Virus record (IMG/VR): IMGVR_UViG_2711768046_000005
DNA from: a virus
Lineage: Duplodnaviria > Heunggongvirae > Uroviricota > Caudoviricetes
DNA: 35,930 nt
Direction: 5' to 3' (one strand)
This document shows positions 25,970-33,914 of this stretch, one piece after another. How positions within the stretch are numbered: the stretch's first letter is position 1; each line of letters starts with the position of its first letter. Made by a program: the position numbers and the translations under genes. The notes under the pieces are model-generated. The model was given only the letters and a program-made list of their open reading frames with translations. It did not search any database and was not told where the DNA came from.

Positions 25970-27037
25970 TCATTTCTTAGCTTTCACAACCGGATGCGCG
26001 CGATCATGTCCACCGCCACGATGCTTAGAAAATATAACCTTTTCATTAGTAAAAGGTTTTTGGCCATAGACACTATCATAGTGGAAAAAGACGTTCGGAA
26101 GATGAGGCACACGGATGAATCCATACTTCACTCTAGTATCACCGATGACCCCAAAAACCCTTGTACTTACTGGGTAGCATAGTTCACCACAACGCATCAC
26201 TAATTCATCTGCTGTTGGGCGTTCAGAAGGTTCCAATTTTAAACAATCTTCTATAAGTTTAATTATTTCATTTGCCAATGGCGCATACTGTCTATTTGAA
26301 AATATAAAGTCAGGGTAAGGAACATGCGTGCCAGAAAGTATTTTTGGTATAGCCATATAACCAATACCAAAAGGGTATTTTCCAGTAAGAATCCTGAACA
26401 TCATCGCACCCAATGCCCAAATATCTGTAGGTTTCGAAACCTTACCTTGACTCTGTATGATTTCCGGTGCCATATATGGCAAAGCCCCGATAGCCGTTTG
26501 CGAAGAACTAATTGAATCTTGACCATTTCTTGCAGCCTCATCAATTTCATCTCCGGCCATCTTTGAAATGCCGAAATCCGTAATTTTTATCTCTGTAGCA
26601 TTGATACCACCGCCTACCATTATATTTGAAGGTTTGAGGTCCCGGTGTATGACGTCAACATGATGCGAAGCAGACAGAGCTTTAGCTAAATTATGAAATA
26701 TTTTAGCAGTTAAATATGGATCAACACTTGAATAAGTGTCTAAAATAGCCTTATCCAAGTCAACTCCATCAATAAATTCCTCCGTTAAAAACTCTCTACC
26801 CTCATCATCAATGAAGTAATCTAAGGTTTTAGCCACATTAGGATGATTAACCCTTGATGCTAATATTGCACTTCTATGAAACCTTTTTTCAGCAGATTTA
26901 TTTTTGGGAGTTTTGAGAGCCACATGCCTCGAGAGAATATTATCCATTGCCAAATAAACTTTTTGCATACCGCCTTCACCAATCTCCCTCAATATTGTAT
27001 ATCTGCTAACTTGAATTCCTGGAGTCAGATTTATCAT
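25970..27037 (-). CDS. Hanks-type Ser/Thr protein kinase with C-terminal cold-shock-domain-like module (355 aa)
   Basis: Kinase motifs are IGEGGMQKVY, VALK (K42), HRDLKPSN (D132), DFG (D154), LPYMAPE, DIWALG and ERP. C-terminal aa 291-352 read FGVIGDTRVKYGFIRVPHLPNVFFHYDSV...EKVIFSKH. This resembles CSD RNP1 (K-G-F-G-F-I) and RNP2 (V-F-V-H-F). SD GGAGGTG is present, and the ATGA overlaps the upstream gene. Confidence 0.85.
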   Translation of the reverse strand: MINLTPGIQVSRYTILREIGEGGMQKVYLAMDNILSRHVALKTPKNKSAEKRFHRSAILASRVNHPNVAKTLDYFIDDEGREFLTEEFIDGVDLDKAILDTYSSVDPYLTAKIFHNLAKALSASHHVDVIHRDLKPSNIMVGGGINATEIKITDFGISKMAGDEIDEAARNGQDSISSSQTAIGALPYMAPEIIQSQGKVSKPTDIWALGAMMFRILTGKYPFGIGYMAIPKILSGTHVPYPDFIFSNRQYAPLANEIIKLIEDCLKLEPSERPTADELVMRCGELCYPVSTRVFGVIGDTRVKYGFIRVPHLPNVFFHYDSVYGQKPFTNEKVIFSKHRGGGHDRAHPVVKAKK

Positions 27038-28098
27038 AACACCACCTCCGGATGGGAAAGGTCAAATGTAATGAAGACCCGCTCTTTTCTTGGCCGAGAA
27101 GTCTCTCCCAGAATAATAACACATGAATCAGGCAAAATATTATATTGCTTTGCAGCTATATTATTCACATACACCTCACCACTTAAACTCGATATATAAA
27201 ACTCTGAACCAGAATATTTCACCTCAATAGTCCCGACCCCTGAATTATTAAAAGCCGCAGATTTATTTGTTGAAGAAATGATGACGGGTGGAGTGTTATC
27301 AGAGATTAACAATGCTCTATGAGAGTTGTAGAGAACGAATTTTTTTAGAGTCTGACACACATCAGCCATATCAGGTCTCTCACAAGGATTCGTATCTAAA
27401 CATTGGAAAAGCAATTCTTTTACCTGAGTTGGTAACTGTATATTAGAATTATCAAAAGGATTAGACAATAATTTTTTGGGTAAAACTCTCATTTCCGGTG
27501 GTAGTGGGGTCTTAGCCAAAAACATGGCCGTTACAGCAAAAGCATATGTATCTATGGATTTTGTAAACGCTACTTGATGTAAAAATAATTCAGGTGCAGC
27601 ATATGTTGGGGTTCCTTTAAAACCTATTGTATTAGCTTCATCAACATTTCTAGATAGTCCGAAGTCATAAATCTTCACTACTCCCTCAGAATCAATTTTC
27701 ATGTTCCCAGGCTTGATATCCCTATGAATAATATCATGAGAATGTATCTCAGAAATACCCGAAGATATTTGCCACAAAATTTTAATCAAATCTTCAGAAT
27801 TTAATATGCGATCCTCTACTTCCAATAATGAAGGTCCGTCAACATACTCTTCGACTATAGCAATTCCTTTACCTTGATAATTAATAACATCATAAAGCTC
27901 TACTACATGTTTTGATCTTAATTTCATCAATGCTGATAACTCATCCATCATTCGAGGAGAATCATCAGGATTACTTATGGACTTTATAGCGACAAATCTT
28001 TCGAGGTGAGTATCCAAGCATTTGATCACGCAACCAAATCCTCCCGAAGCCTCTTCTTCAGTCCTCTTATATCTTGCAGGGAGAGTAAAATTAGTCAT
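27034..28098 (-). CDS. Hanks-type Ser/Thr protein kinase with FHA-like C-terminal beta domain (354 aa)
   Basis: Kinase motifs are SGGFGCV, VAIK (K39), HRDIKPGN (D126), DFG (D145), GTPTYAAPE and CERP. The C-terminal roughly 90 aa (...IEVKYSGSEFYISSLSGEVYVNNIAAKQYNILPDSCVIILGE...) have an FHA-like strand pattern. SD AAGGAG is present, and there is an 8-nt overlap (ATGACTAA) with the phosphatase gene. Confidence 0.85.
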   Translation of the reverse strand: MTNFTLPARYKRTEEEASGGFGCVIKCLDTHLERFVAIKSISNPDDSPRMMDELSALMKLRSKHVVELYDVINYQGKGIAIVEEYVDGPSLLEVEDRILNSEDLIKILWQISSGISEIHSHDIIHRDIKPGNMKIDSEGVVKIYDFGLSRNVDEANTIGFKGTPTYAAPELFLHQVAFTKSIDTYAFAVTAMFLAKTPLPPEMRVLPKKLLSNPFDNSNIQLPTQVKELLFQCLDTNPCERPDMADVCQTLKKFVLYNSHRALLISDNTPPVIISSTNKSAAFNNSGVGTIEVKYSGSEFYISSLSGEVYVNNIAAKQYNILPDSCVIILGETSRPRKERVFITFDLSHPEVVL

Positions 28099-29257
28099 CT
28101 TTATCTCCTTTAGTGGAGTTTTTCTCAGAGAATGAAATATCTAACTGTGAAATATTATCTAACTTATCATTATTGTTAGCTTCGATAACATTCCTTCCCT
28201 CATCACTCTTTATATTACTATTTTTTTTCTTTGTACGTGATTTCCTTTTCGATACATTTTTTTTGTTAGAAATTTCATTACTGCATTCTAACTCAGTAAC
28301 TTTTCTATCAATAACATTTTCAACCGTAGCTGAGTTAGGTATATCTAACGGCGCAGGTTGCACGCTAATTACTTTCATCTCACCAAAAGGATCCCATAAA
28401 TTAATTACATCCCCAGATGATACATCCAAAGCACTTAGGATGTTCGAAATCTCAACTACCGCAATCGACGCATTATCAAATCCACCAAACCAACTAGCTA
28501 GATCTATAACTCTTTTAGCGAACACTCCAGTATTATTGGAGTGAGCATATAATTTTCTCAAATTATTACTGTCAATGGTATGAGCACCATCTGAAGTTAA
28601 TGCAACCACCCCAGGTACGAGCCGAATATCGTGAAAATGTATCTCAAGAACACCATCAAGACCTATAAACTGTACTAACTCGCCACCTAACCTAGAATCA
28701 ATAACACCTGAGTCACTACCAAGATGCTCATTATATTTCTTTGCCAATACAGCTAATGTATCATCCTCACTAATTTGTTTTATGTGTTCAGCATTAATGG
28801 AATATATGCGACTATCCCCGACATTTATTGCTGTAATGTTATCGGAGTCATCTACAGCTAAGGCAGATAACGTAGCCCCACCGTTCCCATTATATACTTT
28901 CAAAACCGATTCATTTGCTTTTAAAACGGCGATTTCAAGACATTGTCTAATTGGCAAGCCTGAGTGTTTAATTATCTCGGTAAAAAAAGATGATACGGTC
29001 AATGAAGCAGCATTCGCTCCCCCTTCCATCCCCCCCATACCATCTGCTAAAGCGATGACAATCATGTCCTTATTCTTACTAAAAGGACGAAATTTTAATA
29101 CAGCTACCCGGTCTTGGTTCTCTTTCCTAACTAAACCTATGTCTGTAGCAATAGCTGCAGGTAGCATAGATACTCTTCGTACAGATGAAGAGATATTTTT
29201 TCTATGCAGCCAAGCGTGTATCTGTTCATGAAGGATCTCGTAAGAGTCTCGACTCAC
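28091..29257 (-). CDS. PP2C (PPM)-family Ser/Thr phosphatase with Lys/Asn-rich C-terminal tail (388 aa)
   Basis: A GTG start is preceded by a strong SD GAGGAGG. PPM motifs are RKENQD (D49), ALADGMGG (D72), GGATLSAL, VGDSRIY, LTSDG (D223) and DNASIAVV (D261). The tail at aa 325-388 is low complexity. Confidence 0.85.
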   Translation of the reverse strand: MSRDSYEILHEQIHAWLHRKNISSSVRRVSMLPAAIATDIGLVRKENQDRVAVLKFRPFSKNKDMIVIALADGMGGMEGGANAASLTVSSFFTEIIKHSGLPIRQCLEIAVLKANESVLKVYNGNGGATLSALAVDDSDNITAINVGDSRIYSINAEHIKQISEDDTLAVLAKKYNEHLGSDSGVIDSRLGGELVQFIGLDGVLEIHFHDIRLVPGVVALTSDGAHTIDSNNLRKLYAHSNNTGVFAKRVIDLASWFGGFDNASIAVVEISNILSALDVSSGDVINLWDPFGEMKVISVQPAPLDIPNSATVENVIDRKVTELECSNEISNKKNVSKRKSRTKKKNSNIKSDEGRNVIEANNNDKLDNISQLDISFSEKNSTKGDKDD

Positions 29258-29287
29258 AGCGCCTCCTCAAGCAAGCATTTCTCCGAA

Positions 29288-29315
29288 GCTATAGATTACA
29301 AAACACTAACGGCAA
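29288..29315 (-). promoter_or_regulatory. Putative sigma70 promoter of the phosphatase-kinase operon (TTGCCG-N16-TATAGC)
   Basis: On the - strand the -35 TTGCCG lies at 29315-29310 and the -10 TATAGC at 29293-29288, about 30 nt upstream of the GTG start. This rests on sequence pattern only. Confidence 0.3.
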
Positions 29316-29478
29316 TTCCTAGCATTACCCACTCAATTCCATTAGAAAACTGACGTAGTACAGTTAGTTGAATATTATTGTGATGACGAATGCCAATCCT
29401 CTGATCACGCTGATTACAATATCACAACTCCCCGCTCTCCGATTCACAGTATTCAGTGATACAGAATATCACCTCGTA

Positions 29479-31764
29479 CTATATACATCGTTGATTTATT
29501 GGAAGCCCCGGCCACTCATCAACAACCGGATATGTAAATTTTTTCTCGCCATATGCCACCCTCGCACCTCGTGCTAGTACATCCAGCTCCCACCGTTCCG
29601 GCGTGATGCCATGCTGTGCGAGGTCAAACCGGATACGCGATATCTGGTCGCGCTGCGATTTAGTCAGCCTTGCCGATGGCGCAATTTCATTAGGTTTTAA
29701 CGGGCCTCCGTTTCTCTGCTGACGATTTGGTGTTCTCAGGCCGTGTTTTAATGCGCCCCTGAGCGCCCTCACTACATCCGGGTCATTCCATTCGATAACA
29801 CCTTCATCAACCAGATTAAGTACTGCTGCGGCGTGCTCAGAAGGTGTGGGAGCCGGTAACGAAGTATCACCACCAGTGAGCTTTCCACAGTTATTGACAG
29901 GACTCCGAGGCGCGACGATGCCGCTTTTTAAAGTCAAAGGCTCAACGACCGGAACTTTCGGCACAATGCGCCAGTCCGTCGTTCTGGTGATATGAATATG
30001 ACGCGCGCCGAGATGCGGCGCGTAAATGCCGACCACTCTCTCGACTTCTTCCTCGTACTCGTTAACTTCATCCGACGGGCTACGGGCGACTCTGACAGTC
30101 TGACAATCGCGCGGGACATTTGCCCCACCCTGCGCGCTGATATACAACGCAAAATCACCACTGTCTGCGGCGGCGCGTGCAGCCTCGACGCGCTCGTCAA
30201 ACTCATCAGCAATGCTGACGCCGCGCGGCAATTTGCGTAGTTCACGGTAAGCCCCCATTGTCGGCAGGCCAACCGTTTTAAATTGCGGGATGCGCCACGT
30301 TGACGCCCATGCGGTAACAGCCGCTGCAGTGTCTTTCAGCGGCCTGCCGGTGTCGTTATCGAGCTGACCATCCAGTGCATAGCCGTCGATGTTTTTTGAA
30401 ATGTATTTCGCGATATATCCCGCAGCACCGCCCCGGTTAAGGTGTTTTGCCTGAAAACGGTTTCGCGCGGCTCCTCTTTCGTCGCCATCCTCTTTGAGCG
30501 CATAGCGACGCATGATTTCGATAATCTGGTTACGCTGGCGTGAATTACAAAAAAGCATCATATGCCAGTGCGGCGTTCCGTCGTGGTGTGGCTCGACGAC
30601 ACGCAAACCGTAGACCTGTAAATCATTATCCTTGAATGCCGTGCGCATCAGGCTCCAGATACGGCAGAGATAACGCTGCGCATCCTTTGGATTAAATGCC
30701 TCATCGTTCCAGCCGTGATTAAGCTGCACGGTTTTACTTTCGCCTTTTCCTACCTGACGTGTCGGGTGATACTTTGACGGCGCGGTCAGCGTGATAAACA
30801 TCCCCACATCACCCTCTGCAGCGGCGTAACGCTCAATACCGGCAATGGTGTTCATCAGCTCCATCCGGCGAATTTCAGGATTAGAAATACTGCCCATCAC
30901 CTTACTGATAAGGTCGATGCGCTCGCCGGTTTCCCTGTTTTCAAGGTCACACGATTTAAGAAATTCCAGATTTGCCTGGCGGCGCGCACGCACATCACGA
31001 ATGGCGTGTTTACTGGCATAAGGAGAACGGTCTTTATTGACCTCCCCGACAGCTATCAGTAACGCTTCATGCCAGCGCATACGCTGGCCTTTAAGCTGAT
31101 GAGTCCACCACTCATCGTTAAACAGACGGGCAATGGCAGAATATGCCTGCCTCGTGGTCATCTGTCCTTTACGGTATTTTTTCCAGTAGAGCGGGGAAAT
31201 ATTGAAAGCACGTGCAGCGCCAGCAACATGACCATACAGGTGAGCCTGCGCCTCATCCGTAAACAGCGATTCTTTTTCACCATGCGCATCAACCCATGCA
31301 TCGCAGAGTTCCTCATACATCATGAAAAGCTGCGATGAGATACGGGCGGCAAACTTTTTCAGCTCCTTGTCATTCATTCCCGGCAGGCGCGCATAGTGGT
31401 CACGCTCTGCCAGAAACAGCAACGACGCGTCGGTGTTCATTTCATGGCGCTGATTCACACGCTCAATGCGCGGCCATAAACGACGCTGAAAAGTAGATGT
31501 GAGGAAATAAAACCCGTGCACCGGGCTTTTATTGCGCCGGATGTAGTCATAGCGTGAAGTAAACAGCGAGCGCAAAAAGTAAGGCAGGCGGTTAATCGTG
31601 GATAAAACACCTTGCACCTGACGCATCTCGTCACGTGTAAGAGGTCTTTCGCGCCCGACAGCCTCGCGTGGCGCGTTCCATGCATAAGCACCGGTAAATG
31701 CCTTACCGGTGCCTGCGGTAAATGCTGACGGAGGGACAAAACACCCGGAGGCTTTAACGGCCAT
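29479..31764 (-). CDS. A: Replication initiation (rolling-circle nickase) protein A (761 aa)
   Basis: MAVKASGCFVPPSAF...GAYAWNAPREAVGRERPLTRDEMRQ... is recognised as P2 gpA. The start was set at Met15 of the 775-aa ORF to give the remembered 761 aa. The longer start at 31806 is not excluded. Confidence 0.85.
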   Translation of the reverse strand: MAVKASGCFVPPSAFTAGTGKAFTGAYAWNAPREAVGRERPLTRDEMRQVQGVLSTINRLPYFLRSLFTSRYDYIRRNKSPVHGFYFLTSTFQRRLWPRIERVNQRHEMNTDASLLFLAERDHYARLPGMNDKELKKFAARISSQLFMMYEELCDAWVDAHGEKESLFTDEAQAHLYGHVAGAARAFNISPLYWKKYRKGQMTTRQAYSAIARLFNDEWWTHQLKGQRMRWHEALLIAVGEVNKDRSPYASKHAIRDVRARRQANLEFLKSCDLENRETGERIDLISKVMGSISNPEIRRMELMNTIAGIERYAAAEGDVGMFITLTAPSKYHPTRQVGKGESKTVQLNHGWNDEAFNPKDAQRYLCRIWSLMRTAFKDNDLQVYGLRVVEPHHDGTPHWHMMLFCNSRQRNQIIEIMRRYALKEDGDERGAARNRFQAKHLNRGGAAGYIAKYISKNIDGYALDGQLDNDTGRPLKDTAAAVTAWASTWRIPQFKTVGLPTMGAYRELRKLPRGVSIADEFDERVEAARAAADSGDFALYISAQGGANVPRDCQTVRVARSPSDEVNEYEEEVERVVGIYAPHLGARHIHITRTTDWRIVPKVPVVEPLTLKSGIVAPRSPVNNCGKLTGGDTSLPAPTPSEHAAAVLNLVDEGVIEWNDPDVVRALRGALKHGLRTPNRQQRNGGPLKPNEIAPSARLTKSQRDQISRIRFDLAQHGITPERWELDVLARGARVAYGEKKFTYPVVDEWPGLPINQRCI

Positions 31765-32029
31765 ATGAGCCAAAAGCCTCTGAACAACGCTTGCTGAGTT
31801 GCTCAACCTGCGCGTTTAAATCAGCAAAAGATTTTGCGCTTCCGGTCAGAATATCGTGATGCATCAGGCCGGAAACGAGCTGGCCTAATTTCGGGTAATA
31901 ACCAACCACCGCCAGCCATTCCTGACCGGCGTTTTTACCGCTTTCCGCTCTCTTTTTCTCGTGGAGAATAAACTGAAAGCTGTCACTGGTAACGACATAA
32001 CGTTCGCCAATTTCAATACGAATACTCAT
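31754..32029 (-). CDS. P2 orf83-position early protein (91 aa)
   Basis: Its position immediately upstream of A and its coupling to the neighbouring genes support the call. Function unknown. Confidence 0.7.
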   Translation of the reverse strand: MSIRIEIGERYVVTSDSFQFILHEKKRAESGKNAGQEWLAVVGYYPKLGQLVSGLMHHDILTGSAKSFADLNAQVEQLSKRCSEAFGSYGR

Positions 32030-32250
32030 GCCGTTCTCCGGTAATGTTTGTTTTTTGCTTCAAAGACTGACTGACAGGAAACACAACGCGTGGCTGACGG
32101 ATAAGCCGCACGACGGGCAGCAGGTATTGGCGCGTCACACTCTTCGCAAACCAGCGCAGAAACACCGCAATGTTTTACCCTTGCCGCGTTAATCTGGCGC
32201 TCCAGTAATTCAGCCTGTTGTTCCTGAATAAAATCCACGTTGTCCGGCAT
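32026..32250 (-). CDS. DksA/TraR-type C4 zinc-finger protein (P2 orf82 position, 74 aa)
   Basis: It has a CEECDAPIP...RCVSCQ four-cysteine motif and a 4-nt overlap with the downstream gene. Confidence 0.75.
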   Translation of the reverse strand: MPDNVDFIQEQQAELLERQINAARVKHCGVSALVCEECDAPIPAARRAAYPSATRCVSCQSVFEAKNKHYRRTA

Positions 32251-32555
32251 TACCAGCTCCTTTTGTCGTTCAGCTTCTTAAATTCATCAGCGCAATAACT
32301 GGCGAGTTCTGTCGTTAATTTTGTCAGTTCATCCACTGAGGAAATTTGCTTGTGGAATACAGCGCGTTTAACAAGTAAATTGACCACATCAGACAGGAGG
32401 TTTAATTCACTCTGATAAATCGCGATAACAGATTCAGTTATTTCGCGCTTCTCTTTATCAATACCAAGTTGAATAAGAGACAAATCACCATTTTTCATAA
32501 CGGCGATTTTTAAGGCGTTATTCAGTAATACAACCGAACGAGAACAGGACATCAA
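32250..32555 (-). CDS. P2 orf81-position early protein (101 aa)
   Basis: Synteny and overlapping stop/start with its neighbours. Confidence 0.65.
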   Translation of the reverse strand: MMSCSRSVVLLNNALKIAVMKNGDLSLIQLGIDKEKREITESVIAIYQSELNLLSDVVNLLVKRAVFHKQISSVDELTKLTTELASYCADEFKKLNDKRSW

Positions 32556-32776
32556 AGCACCTCCCCGCGAGACAATCCGATATTGTGAAATTTTTCCGAC
32601 TCCTGACTGAGCAGCTCAACTATCTCCACGCGGGATAACTCCGCCTTTGTGATGTGGCGAATCATGGCGTCAAGATGAGAAGAAAAGCGCGTCGCAGCGT
32701 CGGCCTGTGCTTCGGTTCTGGCCTGTTGCAGCAGTAATGCGTATTTACCGCACTGATTTTCAGAAACTGTATGCAT
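32552..32776 (-). CDS. P2 orf80-position early protein (74 aa)
   Basis: Synteny and a 4-nt overlap with the downstream gene. Confidence 0.65.
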   Translation of the reverse strand: MHTVSENQCGKYALLLQQARTEAQADAATRFSSHLDAMIRHITKAELSRVEIVELLSQESEKFHNIGLSRGEVL

Positions 32777-32839
32777 GACTTTCTCCAGGCAAAAAGAAGC
32801 CCCGCACGATTAAGTGCGTTAAAAACTCTGGTTAATTAC

Positions 32840-33340
32840 TTAATGCAGATATTGCTCTGGTTTTACCGACGTCAGAATTGTCGGTGCATACTCAAACAGG
32901 CTGAATAATTCACGTAATGCACGGAATAAAGCATCACGCCAGTAACATGACTCTTCATTAATTCGCCAGTATGGCTGGTTAAATTCTTTTTCAGTCAATC
33001 CGGCATGCATAAATAAAGTACGACGCTGACTGACTGTTAAAAAACTAATATATGCATACTCACTTGCACCGACCTGACGACGTTTTGAGAATGCCCCACG
33101 CAATTCATCAATTGCACATACCAGTCGTTCACGTTCGACGTCGTTCATTTCTTCAAAACGCATCGTTGCGTGACGCTGTTTTAACTGCGCATGAAAGCAA
33201 ACTGTTAGCCGTTCGCGCTCCATCATCTGATTATAATAATCACATGTATCCTGCCAGCGAGGAACGGCAAGATGCTTACCAATTATCCGGCGCATAGCTG
33301 CTGGCTGTTTTTCAACGAGATTGAGCGTCATCACTGTCAT
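32840..33340 (-). CDS. B: Replication protein B (helicase loader-like, 166 aa)
   Basis: MTVMTLNLVEKQPAAMRRIIGKHLAVPRWQDTCDYYNQMMERE... is recognised as P2 gpB. The ATG at 33340 forms an ATGA overlap with the orf78 stop and has GGAGGG 7 nt upstream. Confidence 0.85.
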   Translation of the reverse strand: MTVMTLNLVEKQPAAMRRIIGKHLAVPRWQDTCDYYNQMMERERLTVCFHAQLKQRHATMRFEEMNDVERERLVCAIDELRGAFSKRRQVGASEYAYISFLTVSQRRTLFMHAGLTEKEFNQPYWRINEESCYWRDALFRALRELFSLFEYAPTILTSVKPEQYLH

Positions 33341-33507
33341 TTCCATACCCTCCGGCTTTTCAGAAAGGTCAGAGCCTTTTTTAACGGACTCTGTTTTTTG
33401 GTGCGGATAATGATTCCCTTACGCCCCTTACCGTGGGTGATGGTGAAGTCAATCGCCCTGGGGCTTTCGTTACGCAGTAACTGAGCAATACAACGAGGCT
33501 CATTCAT
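33337..33507 (-). CDS. P2 orf78-position small early protein (56 aa)
   Basis: The start is at Met9 with SD AAGGAG. It sits between cox and B, as in P2. Confidence 0.65.
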   Translation of the reverse strand: MNEPRCIAQLLRNESPRAIDFTITHGKGRKGIIIRTKKQSPLKKALTFLKSRRVWK

Positions 33508-33517
33508 ACGGTTCTCC

Positions 33518-33793
33518 TTAACGTGGTTCACCGAGACCTAACCACATCAACCAGCCGTCACGAATCTCTTTAGGTCGGCTTTCATAAGCCAGTTTTAGTC
33601 CGTTATTCCATGCCGGAAGGTATACCCAATATTCACCTGCACGACCTGAAGCTGATTGTGGATCGGTCATATCAATTACAGGCAGCTTTCCTTTATCGAT
33701 CATCCGACGAACCGCTCCTGTCGATTTTCCTATTAGTTTTGCGAACTCCTGATAAGGAATCGCATCAGTCATGAGTGTTACTTGCTTGCTCAT
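33518..33793 (-). CDS. cox: Cox: excisionase / repressor of Pc (91 aa)
   Basis: MSKQVTLMTDAIPYQEFAKLIGKSTGAVRRMIDKGKLPVIDM... is recognised as P2 Cox. The length is identical. Confidence 0.9.
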   Translation of the reverse strand: MSKQVTLMTDAIPYQEFAKLIGKSTGAVRRMIDKGKLPVIDMTDPQSASGRAGEYWVYLPAWNNGLKLAYESRPKEIRDGWLMWLGLGEPR

Positions 33794-33830
33794 GTCGTCC
33801 TCTAGCCCTCATGAATTGCGTTTAATGTCT

Positions 33831-33836
33831 TATAAT
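33831..33836 (+). promoter_or_regulatory. Pc (lysogenic promoter) -10 hexamer TATAAT
   Basis: A perfect -10 lies 72 nt upstream of the C start with no good -35. It faces Pe, as in the convergent P2 switch. Confidence 0.5.
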
Positions 33837-33874
33837 GCCTTTTAGTGCCCACATCCAAGCACTAAACAATCTAC

Positions 33875-33914
33875 ATCTAAACTAAATACTATTGAGATCT
33901 AAACACCATGTCAA
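33875..33914 (-). promoter_or_regulatory. Pe (early promoter) with C-repressor operator half-sites O1/O2
   Basis: On the - strand the promoter reads TTGACA (33914-33909), 17 bp, TAGTAT (33891-33886). Two direct ATCTAAAC octamers at 33875-33882 and 33897-33904 (22-bp spacing) flank the -10, matching the known P2 operator geometry. Confidence 0.7.

Noticed and set aside
25823-26182. 119-aa + strand ORF starting at cos and running antisense into the kinase gene (also 25866-26069)
   Set aside because: It spans cos and a strong bidirectional terminator, so it cannot be a single transcript. It is antisense to a kinase with intact motifs.
29368-29577. 69-aa + strand ORF in the A / phosphatase intergenic region
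   Set aside because: It is antisense to the A 3' end and has no SD. The region is better explained as regulatory (pentamer cluster, promoter).
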